Source: a virus. Taken from it: a stretch of DNA of 64,000 nt. The stretch is from IMG/VR virus record IMGVR_UViG_3300044684_000278, positions 72,321 to 136,320 of that record; one strand, written 5' to 3'. The position numbers were made by a program, and so were the translations under genes. The notes under the pieces are model-generated. The model saw nothing but the letters and a program-made list of their open reading frames with translations. It was not told where the DNA came from and ran no database searches. Positions 1 through 8,109 of the stretch are shown one piece after another; within the stretch, counting starts at the first letter, position 1, and the number at the start of each line of letters is the position of its first letter.

Positions 1-399
1 CTTTTCAACAAGAAGGTTTAGCTGCTCAGGGTTCATGGGAAAGAAATTATCACAGTGCTCAATGACCGTATTGATAATACCACGGGAATCTATGTACAGG
101 TCCTGCAGCTTGATCACAATATGATCATCACCTGCTTTTTCCACGTCTGATCCGTCTTTCAGGAAATTCTTCATGGCTTTACGGGCACCCTCAGTGAATT
201 TGTGGGTATCATCATAGAACAGTCCTATGATCTCAGGCTCCTGGCCCATCTCTTTTAGCTTGTTATAAAGCAGTCCTGCAAACACACCACAGCCCCCGGA
301 ATTGATGTCCGTAGGTGTCCATGCGTCTACAAAGGGTAAGGCTTCCTGTAAAAATGCTACAAAATGCAATGTTTCTTGTGGGTTAGTTAGTTGATACAT
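1..399 (-). CDS. hypothetical protein with transglutaminase/papain-like motif (partial, runs off window start)
   Basis: Read manually: ATG at 399, open to base 1; MYQLTNPQ...INSGGCGVFAGLL...DHIVIKLQDLYIDSRG has Cys-His-Asp spacing. Confidence 0.55.
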   Translation of the reverse strand, partial: MYQLTNPQETLHFVAFLQEALPFVDAWTPTDINSGGCGVFAGLLYNKLKEMGQEPEIIGLFYDDTHKFTEGARKAMKNFLKDGSDVEKAGDDHIVIKLQDLYIDSRGIINTVIEHCDNFFPMNPEQLNLLVEK

Positions 400-508
400 T
401 GTCTTAAATGGTTTTTATGGATGAATGGATGAATTAGTTCAAATGAAAAACCCTGGCAGCCGTTACACATGCCAGGGAATAAACAGAAATTATGGTCAGT
501 TAAAGCGT

Positions 509-790
509 TTACTGTTTGTACTTGCGAAACCGCTCGTTCACTTCCTTGTAGGCATCTTCAGCACGCTGGATGCTCTCCTCAATCCTCTTTATACGGGCAC
601 GGTGTTTATCCTCTTCCCGGATAAACTGATTGGTTTTGTGAATAATGTAGATAATGGTAAGCAGGTAAGCTATGGCCATCATATCCCAGGGAACCTGGCT
701 GCCTGAATACAGGATCAGTCCTGCATATACTCCCCAGATGATATGGGCTAATAACAGGGATCCCCAGGCTTCTTTAAAGAATCTTTTCAT
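509..790 (-). CDS. small membrane protein
   Basis: 93 aa; two hydrophobic segments followed by a charged coiled tail. Confidence 0.65.
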   Translation of the reverse strand: MKRFFKEAWGSLLLAHIIWGVYAGLILYSGSQVPWDMMAIAYLLTIIYIIHKTNQFIREEDKHRARIKRIEESIQRAEDAYKEVNERFRKYKQ

Positions 791-815
791 GGTTAATTAG
801 GATTTGGATTATAAG

Positions 816-888
816 TGCGGAGAGAAAGATTCGAACTGACGACCTTCCGGGTATAAGCCGGATGCTCTATCCACTGAGCTATCTCCGC
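816..888 (-). tRNA. tRNA-Ile(UAU), weak T-stem
   Basis: Reverse complement GCGGAGA-TA-GCTC..GAGC-A-TCCGG-CTTATAC-CCGGA-AGGTC-GTCAG-TTCGAAT-CTTTC-TCTCCGC-A; two T-stem mismatches. Confidence 0.8.
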
Positions 889-932
889 ATGTAGTAAGAG
901 CCAGAAGTTAATCCGGCTCTTAAATAAGTTAA

Positions 933-1292
933 TTATTCAGCTGAGTTGAATTCAGCAAGAATACCAGAGAAGTAAGCTATTGAGTCCTCTGTGGCTGCTT
1001 CTACAGCAATAGCATTCTCCAGATTTTCCTGGGCACGCACAATACCTTGTACATAGGCTTTATTATCACTAAACAAGTTAGTGGGATACTTAGCTGCAGC
1101 CAATGCTTCTTCTGCTGACTCCACTGCGTTCTCGTCATCAACGAGTTTGGCTTTCAGAGCGGCTACCTGGCCTTCCAAGGCAGATACAGCTTTACGGGCA
1201 ATTTTACCAGCTAATGCTTCAGTGTCATCACCTTTTAAACGGTTAAGAATTCCAGCTACTAAAATGGTCTTTTTTGATGTGTTTTTTGACAT
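933..1292 (-). CDS. hypothetical coiled-coil protein
   Basis: 119 aa Ala-rich helical ORF. Confidence 0.7.
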   Translation of the reverse strand: MSKNTSKKTILVAGILNRLKGDDTEALAGKIARKAVSALEGQVAALKAKLVDDENAVESAEEALAAAKYPTNLFSDNKAYVQGIVRAQENLENAIAVEAATEDSIAYFSGILAEFNSAE

Positions 1293-1297
1293 GGTTT

Positions 1298-2689
1298 TTA
1301 CGGATTAAGGATTATTATTTTTGTTACTTGTTTCTTTTTGGTTAGTACTACGGGACTTTGATGACTAACCTGTGGCTGTCCCAGGGCTGCAGGTGTTTTT
1401 ACGGGTAATGTGACAGGAGTGTTATCGGGCTGAGGGGATGGATTAACAGGGTAACAGAATGAATCCAATATTCTGATGTTTGCTGATTCATATATACCCA
1501 GATCTGCAGGCGTGATTTCTACATTGGTATTTTTATCAAACCATTTTCTGTCATTGCCTAAGAAGGATAGAGTCAGGTTGTCGGAAAATAGTGCATAAGA
1601 ATCAGTATACATAACCCGTCTTTCATTTAATCCCCACTTATGACCTAATTCAAACAACTTTTCCTGCACTCTTCTGGAGAGATCAGGGTTATTTCCAGTC
1701 CAGATCTTGAAGTGGTTTGGCAGCTTTGATACCGGCTTCTCATCCTGGATGATTTCAGCCCACTGATAACCTGTAAATATTTGTATCTCTTTCAAGGTAC
1801 TTCCTTCTACTGTACAGATAACACTTTTTAAACTTTCCACTTTCGGGACTCCAACAATTGTATAGGTATCACCTGAAATAAATCCCTTTACTTTAGTACC
1901 AATAGGATATTTTCTCTTAGCTTCAGCTAACAGCTCTTCTTTTGGATCAGGTCTTACTTCCTGGGATAGTTGTTCTACTTTCTTAGCCCAGCCTTTATCT
2001 GATTGCCATACTACTCCTCCCCAACCATCTGTAATAAAAGATGAATTGTTGCTATCATGATAACCCCATACTTCTTTGTGTGTACACGGCTCTTTTGGAT
2101 GGCCACTGACAGAGTAATACTTTGTACCCTCAGGATAGTTCTTTTCAGCCTCAATGAGTAATGCCTGATGATGCAGTGTTTTAGCACCACGTTTGGCATA
2201 TCCTGGTTTAACAAGTTGAGGCTTATCATACTCTTCAAACTCTGATTCCAACATTGTCAGGGAAGAATGAAATGAGCATTCAACTTCTATTCTATGACAC
2301 GGGTAGTCAGAATTATAATCATGGTATCTTATAACTTTTCCTGTTTTACCTTCTTCATCAAAATGCCAAAAGCAATAAGGACCTTTTTTAAAAGTAACAG
2401 TATCCCCGATCTTAAATCTTAGCTCTGGTTCCTTTTTTTCTCCCTTAGCAGGTTGAATAATCTCAGCCCAGTATCCCATACTATAGATCCTGGCTGTTTT
2501 CCTGTCTTCTGGGTTAGGAGCTACATCAACATATACATCCTGTCCTACCCAGTCAGAGGGGACATTTCTGAGACTCTTAAAGGGATTATCTGCTACTGTA
2601 AACTCTCTACCTTTTACAAGGTCTTTGAAACGGGCACCAGGGACAAATCCTTTTTGTTCAGCCCTGGCCGTAAATTCACTTTTTCTCAT
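1298..2689 (-). CDS. modular repeat protein (three copies of an EA..YP.GTK...WAEI module)
   Basis: 463 aa; internal repeats visible in the translation. Confidence 0.75.
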   Translation of the reverse strand: MRKSEFTARAEQKGFVPGARFKDLVKGREFTVADNPFKSLRNVPSDWVGQDVYVDVAPNPEDRKTARIYSMGYWAEIIQPAKGEKKEPELRFKIGDTVTFKKGPYCFWHFDEEGKTGKVIRYHDYNSDYPCHRIEVECSFHSSLTMLESEFEEYDKPQLVKPGYAKRGAKTLHHQALLIEAEKNYPEGTKYYSVSGHPKEPCTHKEVWGYHDSNNSSFITDGWGGVVWQSDKGWAKKVEQLSQEVRPDPKEELLAEAKRKYPIGTKVKGFISGDTYTIVGVPKVESLKSVICTVEGSTLKEIQIFTGYQWAEIIQDEKPVSKLPNHFKIWTGNNPDLSRRVQEKLFELGHKWGLNERRVMYTDSYALFSDNLTLSFLGNDRKWFDKNTNVEITPADLGIYESANIRILDSFCYPVNPSPQPDNTPVTLPVKTPAALGQPQVSHQSPVVLTKKKQVTKIIILNP

Positions 2690-2700
2690 GTTCCTCCTTT

Positions 2701-2859
2701 CTATGGACTCATTTGATACTCATCAAAATCCATGACCAGGAAATAGGCCAGGATCAGTGTTAAAACAATAGCAAGCCACATTTCAGGCTGACCTCTTAAG
2801 ATCAGGATGACGGGCAATAGGGTAAGGATGGCTATAATACGGAGTATAATAATCACCAT
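2701..2859 (-). CDS. small hydrophobic protein
   Basis: Manual 52-aa ORF MVIIILRIIAILTLLPVILI...; fills the gap on the coding strand. Confidence 0.45.
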   Translation of the reverse strand: MVIIILRIIAILTLLPVILILRGQPEMWLAIVLTLILAYFLVMDFDEYQMSP

Positions 2860-2876
2860 AAGTGTTCTTTTACCCC

Positions 2877-3083
2877 TCATAACCTATCCCTTTCTTGAAA
2901 TTCATCCCGGAAGCTATCCAGGCTGGTAGCTATCCATAAAAGCATAAGCAGGATCAGGTACAGAAAAGTAGCTGTAATAATATCCCCGGCAGACAGCTTG
3001 ATCTGTAAAAACAGGGGAACAAGAAGTGCTATGGATATATAAAAGATCGTGCAGTAGCAAAATAACGTATTGAATGTTCTCAT
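2877..3083 (-). CDS. small membrane protein
   Basis: 68 aa, two TM-like segments. Confidence 0.55.
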   Translation of the reverse strand: MRTFNTLFCYCTIFYISIALLVPLFLQIKLSAGDIITATFLYLILLMLLWIATSLDSFRDEFQERDRL

Positions 3084-3144
3084 AATGCCAGGATATGTCC
3101 AAGGGTTAAGAGTAGCCCCAGGATGTATACGATAAAGAATGTTT

Positions 3145-3486
3145 TCATGATTGTTTCAGTTTTTCAGAGAGCTGGTCTAATGCAGTCTCTATTTTGTCAA
3201 TGATATGTGGATTTGTTAGCTGACTGATGTTAACGGGTCTGTTTACTTTGTCATAAGCCTCTCTTTCATAATCTTCAGCATATCTCCAGGAATAGGATTT
3301 CCCTGCAGCACGGTAATTCAAAGGATCAAAACAGATTCTTGTGTTACCATTTGTGTCATCTCCTCTTAAGTCTATTTCTGGCCGTAACCAGTCACAGTCC
3401 TCCCGTTGCTTAAAGACATAATTCTTTTTCCATGCTGGAAACGGTGTGTCTTCCAACAAGACAATATAATCTCCCTGCTTAAACAT
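3145..3486 (-). CDS. hypothetical protein, family with shared C-terminal helix
   Basis: Starts FKQGDYIV, ends IIDKIETALDQLSEKLK. Confidence 0.7.
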   Translation of the reverse strand: MFKQGDYIVLLEDTPFPAWKKNYVFKQREDCDWLRPEIDLRGDDTNGNTRICFDPLNYRAAGKSYSWRYAEDYEREAYDKVNRPVNISQLTNPHIIDKIETALDQLSEKLKQS

Positions 3487-3823
3487 CTTTCCCCCCTTTT
3501 AACTTGTCAGTTAGTTTATCCAAAGCCTGATCAAGCAGGTCTATTACTGGAGTATAGTCCACTTCTGAAACACGGACTGGGCCTCCATTCTTATTGTAAG
3601 CCTCTATCTCTTCTGTGGTAGCTGGACGAAGATCTTTCAGACAGAAGTTAACACACCAGCGATTGTCCTCCAAGATAGTGATGAGATTCTTTTTAGCATA
3701 ATCCCAGTCAAAATTGGGTGGCCAGGTACATTTACAGATTGTACCCACAAGGTGTGAGTAACTAAACTGATCATAGTTAGCAGACTTAATGACTACAATA
3801 TCTCCGTTTTTTACTGTTTCCAT
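3479..3823 (-). CDS. hypothetical protein, family with shared C-terminal helix
   Basis: Starts VKNGDIVV, ends VIDLLDQALDKLTDKLK; overlaps the start of the neighbouring paralog. Confidence 0.7.
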   Translation of the reverse strand: METVKNGDIVVIKSANYDQFSYSHLVGTICKCTWPPNFDWDYAKKNLITILEDNRWCVNFCLKDLRPATTEEIEAYNKNGGPVRVSEVDYTPVIDLLDQALDKLTDKLKGGKDV

Positions 3824-3870
3824 ACTGGTTCAGATTAAAGCCTGGAAGATGTCCCCCAGGCTTAATAGAG

Positions 3871-4047
3871 TTACACTTTCCGGACGGACAGCCGGTTGAT
3901 ACTTGGTCTGTCAGCAATACACAGATCACTGAACATGCTGCTGATTTCATCATGGATAGATTCCTGTGATAATTTGTTTTTTACCAGTACTTTACCGGTA
4001 ATTCCAATGCCCAGTACCTTGACTGGTTTTCCATTTTGGTTTTTCAT
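3871..4047 (-). CDS. hypothetical protein
   Basis: Manual 58-aa ORF MKNQNGKPVKVLGIG..., followed by a terminator-like hairpin at ~3837-3863. Confidence 0.5.
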   Translation of the reverse strand: MKNQNGKPVKVLGIGITGKVLVKNKLSQESIHDEISSMFSDLCIADRPSINRLSVRKV

Positions 4048-4109
4048 TGTTAATACGGATTGAGTTTTGAACTATTCCACTATCTGCTACTTTGAATACA
4101 CAGATGTTG

Positions 4110-4270
4110 GGTTACAGTAGTAAGAGACACAGTATCACTATACTGGAAGGCTGTGTCTTTTCTCCAGCTCAACTTACTACTGTCATCACCTATTAGTGGG
4201 TGAAGATCTTTGTCATCCCGGACCTCGTCCGGATCCTGCTATAGAGCCAGGAGAATGAATCATGACTTTA
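4110..4270 (-). ncRNA. candidate structured RNA (pseudoknot plus hairpins)
   Basis: Non-coding gap with stems ACAGTAGTAAG/CTTACTACTGT and AGACACAG/CTGTGTCT, a crossing CTGGAG/TTCCAG pair, and further hairpins. Confidence 0.4.
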
Positions 4271-4277
4271 CCGGTGC

Positions 4278-5045
4278 TCATGCTGCCTGATATGAATTGG
4301 CAAGGATCATATTGACCAGTGACTGGTGTCCGGCACCAAGTCTGTCAATACTTTCTTCGGGTTTGTCCTTTTGTTTGATGTAGATCATGGCTGCCTTGTA
4401 ATCCACACGAATGTTCTCAAGGGTAAAATTCTCATCAAAGCCGTGCATTTGCTTGTTGAACAGTTCTATAAGCTTTGGGGTGGTACTATGCTCTATTTGC
4501 TGTATAAGTCTTTCTACGTACATAATATCATAGATCCGGTACATCTCCAGAAGCTTCAGTGTGTCAGCTTCATTGAGTACTCCAGGATCTATACCCAGTG
4601 TCTTACGGAACTTTAAATACCGGACAATATCACTGAACAGCCTGGTATCCTTACTCATAAAGATCGGGAACGGCCCAGGTGTCAGGTTTTCATCCAGTAA
4701 GTAGTTTACATCCTTCACCTTCCCATTTTCCATGGTGATGTTGATGATGTCTCCTATACCATACATGAATTTCAGGGTACCATCCAGGTTGTTTTCTGTG
4801 AAGGTATGATCCATCAGGAATTGCAGGGTCTCCTGGTCATTGAATGGCACGCCCATATGTTTTGCCATGAGCTTCATATAGAGCTGCATAGTGACAACCC
4901 ATACGAGTTTCATGATAAATGACTTTCCTGTGCCGTTCTTTCCTACCAGGATGGCAAGCTCACGATACTCCATTTCTGACATATCCATCTTGAGTGGCTG
5001 TGTCAGGTTTACTGCTATTGTCTTTAAATGTCCTAATGAACTCAT
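4278..5045 (-). CDS. P-loop ATPase-like protein (ABC/AAA-type N-terminus)
   Basis: Walker A GKNGTGKS; ABC-signature-like LGAGHQ near the C-terminus; likely start MSSLGHL at 5045. Confidence 0.7.
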   Translation of the reverse strand: MSSLGHLKTIAVNLTQPLKMDMSEMEYRELAILVGKNGTGKSFIMKLVWVVTMQLYMKLMAKHMGVPFNDQETLQFLMDHTFTENNLDGTLKFMYGIGDIINITMENGKVKDVNYLLDENLTPGPFPIFMSKDTRLFSDIVRYLKFRKTLGIDPGVLNEADTLKLLEMYRIYDIMYVERLIQQIEHSTTPKLIELFNKQMHGFDENFTLENIRVDYKAAMIYIKQKDKPEESIDRLGAGHQSLVNMILANSYQAA

Positions 5046-5110
5046 AGTGGTTAAAATGATAAAGTTAAGAGCTTCCCATTGGCTCAGGACCTCCGGGAAA
5101 CTCAAATGTT

Positions 5111-5278
5111 TTAAACAAGCTCTTCTATTTTCTCTTCTGTGGGTTGATTAAGCTTGATCTGCTTTTTCAGGTTCTTTCCCATGATCAGGCTGTCATATGC
5201 CATCTTGCAAAGACCTCCTACAAAGAACAATACTGCAGCTACTGCAAGAGCTACCAGTAGATAATGAAATGCGTTCAT
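5111..5278 (-). CDS. small single-pass membrane protein
   Basis: Manual 55-aa ORF MNAFHYLLVALAVAAVLFFVGG... Confidence 0.55.
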   Translation of the reverse strand: MNAFHYLLVALAVAAVLFFVGGLCKMAYDSLIMGKNLKKQIKLNQPTEEKIEELV

Positions 5279-5326
5279 AGTAATAACGGATTAGTGGGTT
5301 AGTGATTCTGTTAATAACTTGATTTT

Positions 5327-5441
5327 TGGCTGGGATGCCCGGACTCGAACCGGGGACCTTCTGGTAACGTCGGCAATCATCTGCAATAGATGAACATCGG
5401 AAATGCCAGTTGCTCTATCCCTCTTTCTGAGCTACATCCCA
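5327..5441 (-). ncRNA. tRNA-like RNA with a 41-nt expanded anticodon loop
   Basis: TGGGATG/CATCCCA acceptor + G + CCA; D-arm GCTC/GAGC; perfect T-arm CCCGG-TTCGAGT-CCGGG; 41 nt between anticodon-stem strands. Confidence 0.75.
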
Positions 5442-5472
5442 GTGTATGATAAAGCCAGGCTGATGTTCCTGG

Positions 5473-5871
5473 CTAAAAGATTTTATGGATAAACGGGTTC
5501 AGCTCCTCAAGCTGGCTAACATTGAGCTTCTTAAACCACCTGTAGTATTTGATATACCAGTAACAGAAGTATGGATTAAGGAAGGTATAAAATGCATAAT
5601 GGAGATGAGGGCCGTTCCATGGACCCCCTTTACCAAGAATAAAACACCCTGATTCCTGGTTAAAAGAGAATCCTCCGGTTCCGTAGATGAATGCTTTGTT
5701 ATCCGGGATTGATCCACCCTGTGTAGCCTTATAGAAGGTTTTGTATTTAAGGGTATTATAGACAATCCTGTAAAACTTCATGTCATTCCACAATACGTAT
5801 GTGGAACAAAGGATTAATAACAGCAGGACAATACCTGATGCCATCAGGAAGGATAAAATGTAGTGATACAT
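5473..5871 (-). CDS. membrane-anchored hypothetical protein
   Basis: 132 aa with N-terminal TM. Confidence 0.6.
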   Translation of the reverse strand: MYHYILSFLMASGIVLLLLILCSTYVLWNDMKFYRIVYNTLKYKTFYKATQGGSIPDNKAFIYGTGGFSFNQESGCFILGKGGPWNGPHLHYAFYTFLNPYFCYWYIKYYRWFKKLNVSQLEELNPFIHKIF

Positions 5872-5936
5872 GTTGATTAAAATAAAAGCCCAGGATGTAG
5901 AAACACCCCAGGCTAAACCGTCCGACTAAAATGAGT

Positions 5937-6236
5937 TTATACAGCAAGTTTCACAGTGCTGGTTCCTTTGCTTATTTCAGCCCCGTCATTCCCTATCTTA
6001 ATGGTGTATCCATAAACAGATAGTTCAAATACCGGTGTCTGAGAAACAGGTTTTACTTCTGATTTCCTGTGGATCTGTGTATAATAAGCAGCTTCACAAG
6101 CTCCAGCACTTCTGCCTAATAATTTGGCAGTTTCTCTGAATGCTTCATCTTTTGTTCTGCATTTCTGCAGCTGTTCTAACAGTACAGTCCTCTCCTGGGA
6201 AGACCAAGTGTTACGATTTAAGGGTTTTCCTGACAT
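5937..6236 (-). CDS. Myb/SANT-like helix-turn-helix protein
   Basis: WSSQERTVLLE...AKLLGRSAGAC pattern. Confidence 0.55.
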   Translation of the reverse strand: MSGKPLNRNTWSSQERTVLLEQLQKCRTKDEAFRETAKLLGRSAGACEAAYYTQIHRKSEVKPVSQTPVFELSVYGYTIKIGNDGAEISKGTSTVKLAV

Positions 6237-6266
6237 GGATTATTATAAATGAATGAGTTAATGAGT

Positions 6267-6503
6267 TTATTTGATGCCGTGGTTCATATACATGAATACA
6301 GCATAGAAATAGACAAATACCATCAGGGTGAGTGTGATCAGCAGCCCGATGTTGTCCATTTGATCGAGGAAGTCATAGTCTTTCTCCATCAGTCCCCGTT
6401 TCTGGGTCTTGCGGATGAACCAACGATATAGTTTAATATCAAACACCGGATATAGCAGTGAGATAGGAAAAACAATGAGGATGGTTAGGATTAGGGTTTT
6501 CAT
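6267..6503 (-). CDS. small membrane protein
   Basis: 78 aa, two TM-like segments. Confidence 0.6.
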   Translation of the reverse strand: MKTLILTILIVFPISLLYPVFDIKLYRWFIRKTQKRGLMEKDYDFLDQMDNIGLLITLTLMVFVYFYAVFMYMNHGIK

Positions 6504-6769
6504 GATAAAACCTCCTCCGCATTAGATGTCAGTATTACTTCACTCATGGAGTCTTCAGTCCCGTTATCTACGTAGATGTAGAGCTTATCTGCTTCAATGT
6601 CTCCTACATAGGCTGTATCTCCTGAGAATCCTGTGTCTCTTAAGAGCTTAAAGGTATCCGGATCGTTTTCTTCCATCCTGTCCATGGATAATGGTGCCAA
6701 TGGAAGAACCTGACCAAATGTTTTAATGTTTTCTTTTGCTACCTCTTTGGTGAATTTACGGTAGATCAT
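6500..6769 (-). CDS. hypothetical protein
   Basis: 89 aa; 4-bp overlap with the downstream gene. Confidence 0.65.
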   Translation of the reverse strand: MIYRKFTKEVAKENIKTFGQVLPLAPLSMDRMEENDPDTFKLLRDTGFSGDTAYVGDIEADKLYIYVDNGTEDSMSEVILTSNAEEVLS

Positions 6770-6802
6770 AATGATATGGATTATGTAAATGGATTGGGTT
6801 AA

Positions 6803-7117
6803 TTACTTATTTAGTTTCTTTTCAAGCTTGTTGAGGGCTGATTCTAACTGGTCTATAAGGGAAGACTCGTCCAGGACGAGCTTATCAAATTTAATCTGGG
6901 AAGCATTTTTATGACCATCCCAGATTAACTTAGCCCCAAGAGGTCTGCCGTCAGCTACTGAGTTCCAGACCCCTTTTATAGTGCCGTATTTCTTATCCTC
7001 CCAGTATTCCCAGTTGATAGCAGCATCAGTATGAAACGTTCCGTCTACTATTTCCTTGCGTGGTCTTACTCTTTTACCAGGAACACAGGTTTCCAATGTC
7101 AATAGTTGCTCTTCCAT
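6803..7117 (-). CDS. hypothetical protein, family with shared C-terminal helix
   Basis: Starts LLTLETCVPGKRVRP, ends LIDQLESALNKLEKKL. Confidence 0.7.
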   Translation of the reverse strand: MEEQLLTLETCVPGKRVRPRKEIVDGTFHTDAAINWEYWEDKKYGTIKGVWNSVADGRPLGAKLIWDGHKNASQIKFDKLVLDESSLIDQLESALNKLEKKLNK

Positions 7118-7120
7118 AAG

Positions 7121-7423
7121 TTACTTACTTAGTTTCTGCTCCAGTGTGTCCAGAGCTGATTGTATGTTATTCCAGGAGATGGGCACTGTTATAAGGGCAA
7201 GATCGTAGAACTCAAGATTGTGATATTCCTCTGCATCAGGTTTGTTGTCCCATACTACGTGTGCATAATTATTCTTATCAGGCATGTGAATAACAGTTCC
7301 TTCTGCATTGGGCCCTCCAATCTTTTTTATATACCTTTCAAAAGCAGGTTGATTCAGGTGGTGACTTGGCTTAACCCGTGTTCCTGGAACACAGGTTTCC
7401 TTAGTAAGCAATACTTCACTCAT
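7121..7423 (-). CDS. hypothetical protein, family with shared C-terminal helix
   Basis: Starts LLTKETCVPGTRVKP, ends NIQSALDTLEQKL; tandem paralog of 6803..7117. Confidence 0.7.
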   Translation of the reverse strand: MSEVLLTKETCVPGTRVKPSHHLNQPAFERYIKKIGGPNAEGTVIHMPDKNNYAHVVWDNKPDAEEYHNLEFYDLALITVPISWNNIQSALDTLEQKLSK

Positions 7424-7425
7424 GG

Positions 7426-7740
7426 TTATAACTGCAACAGCCTGATTAGTTCTCTGAGATCCTCCCCGTACTCCATATTCCTGGTTAAGGTGATTACATC
7501 ATCCTTATTCCTATCCGGGCTGGATCCTTCTCTAAGGAAAGCATAATACTCTCCCTTGCCTTTATCATTACACAGTGATAAAGACAATGCTTTAAAATGA
7601 TGGAGATTCGTAGCTCCTGGAAAATCAGGAGTAAAGGTTTGATCTACCAGCACCAGCATATAGGACTCCTGGATAAGACTGGGAACATGCTTGAATCCCA
7701 GCTCGTGTAATAGTTTACCGGTGATCTTTGTCTTTTTCAT
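7426..7740 (-). CDS. hypothetical protein
   Basis: 104 aa, operon-packed. Confidence 0.65.
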   Translation of the reverse strand: MKKTKITGKLLHELGFKHVPSLIQESYMLVLVDQTFTPDFPGATNLHHFKALSLSLCNDKGKGEYYAFLREGSSPDRNKDDVITLTRNMEYGEDLRELIRLLQL

Positions 7741-7756
7741 AGCGGTATGTTTAAAA

Positions 7757-8026
7757 CTATTTTTGGATTACAAACCAGGTAGTTATTTTAAGGGCTTTTC
7801 TCCTGCTATCTGGTATACCTCTATACAACCCGTAAACCCTGCTCCAGCTGATAGCTTCATAGAGTAAGGAAAGCAGGGCTCTGTCTTTAAATACAATCCT
7901 GTAAAGGTGAGCACATTCTCTGGGATGTGAGTTATGTTTATCCTGAAGGCTCTCCAAAGAGGGAGCATAGACACCAGAGATAAGCTTGAGAACTATTAAT
8001 AGGCTTACAATTAGTAATGTGGTCAT
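7757..8026 (-). CDS. hypothetical protein with N-terminal hydrophobic segment
   Basis: 89 aa. Confidence 0.5.
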   Translation of the reverse strand: MTTLLIVSLLIVLKLISGVYAPSLESLQDKHNSHPRECAHLYRIVFKDRALLSLLYEAISWSRVYGLYRGIPDSRRKALKITTWFVIQK

Positions 8027-8109
8027 GTTTTTATGAATTAATTAAACATCATTGTTTAAAGCAAATAAAAAGTTTCCCATTGATATTATCTCCGGGAAAC
8101 TCATAATCC

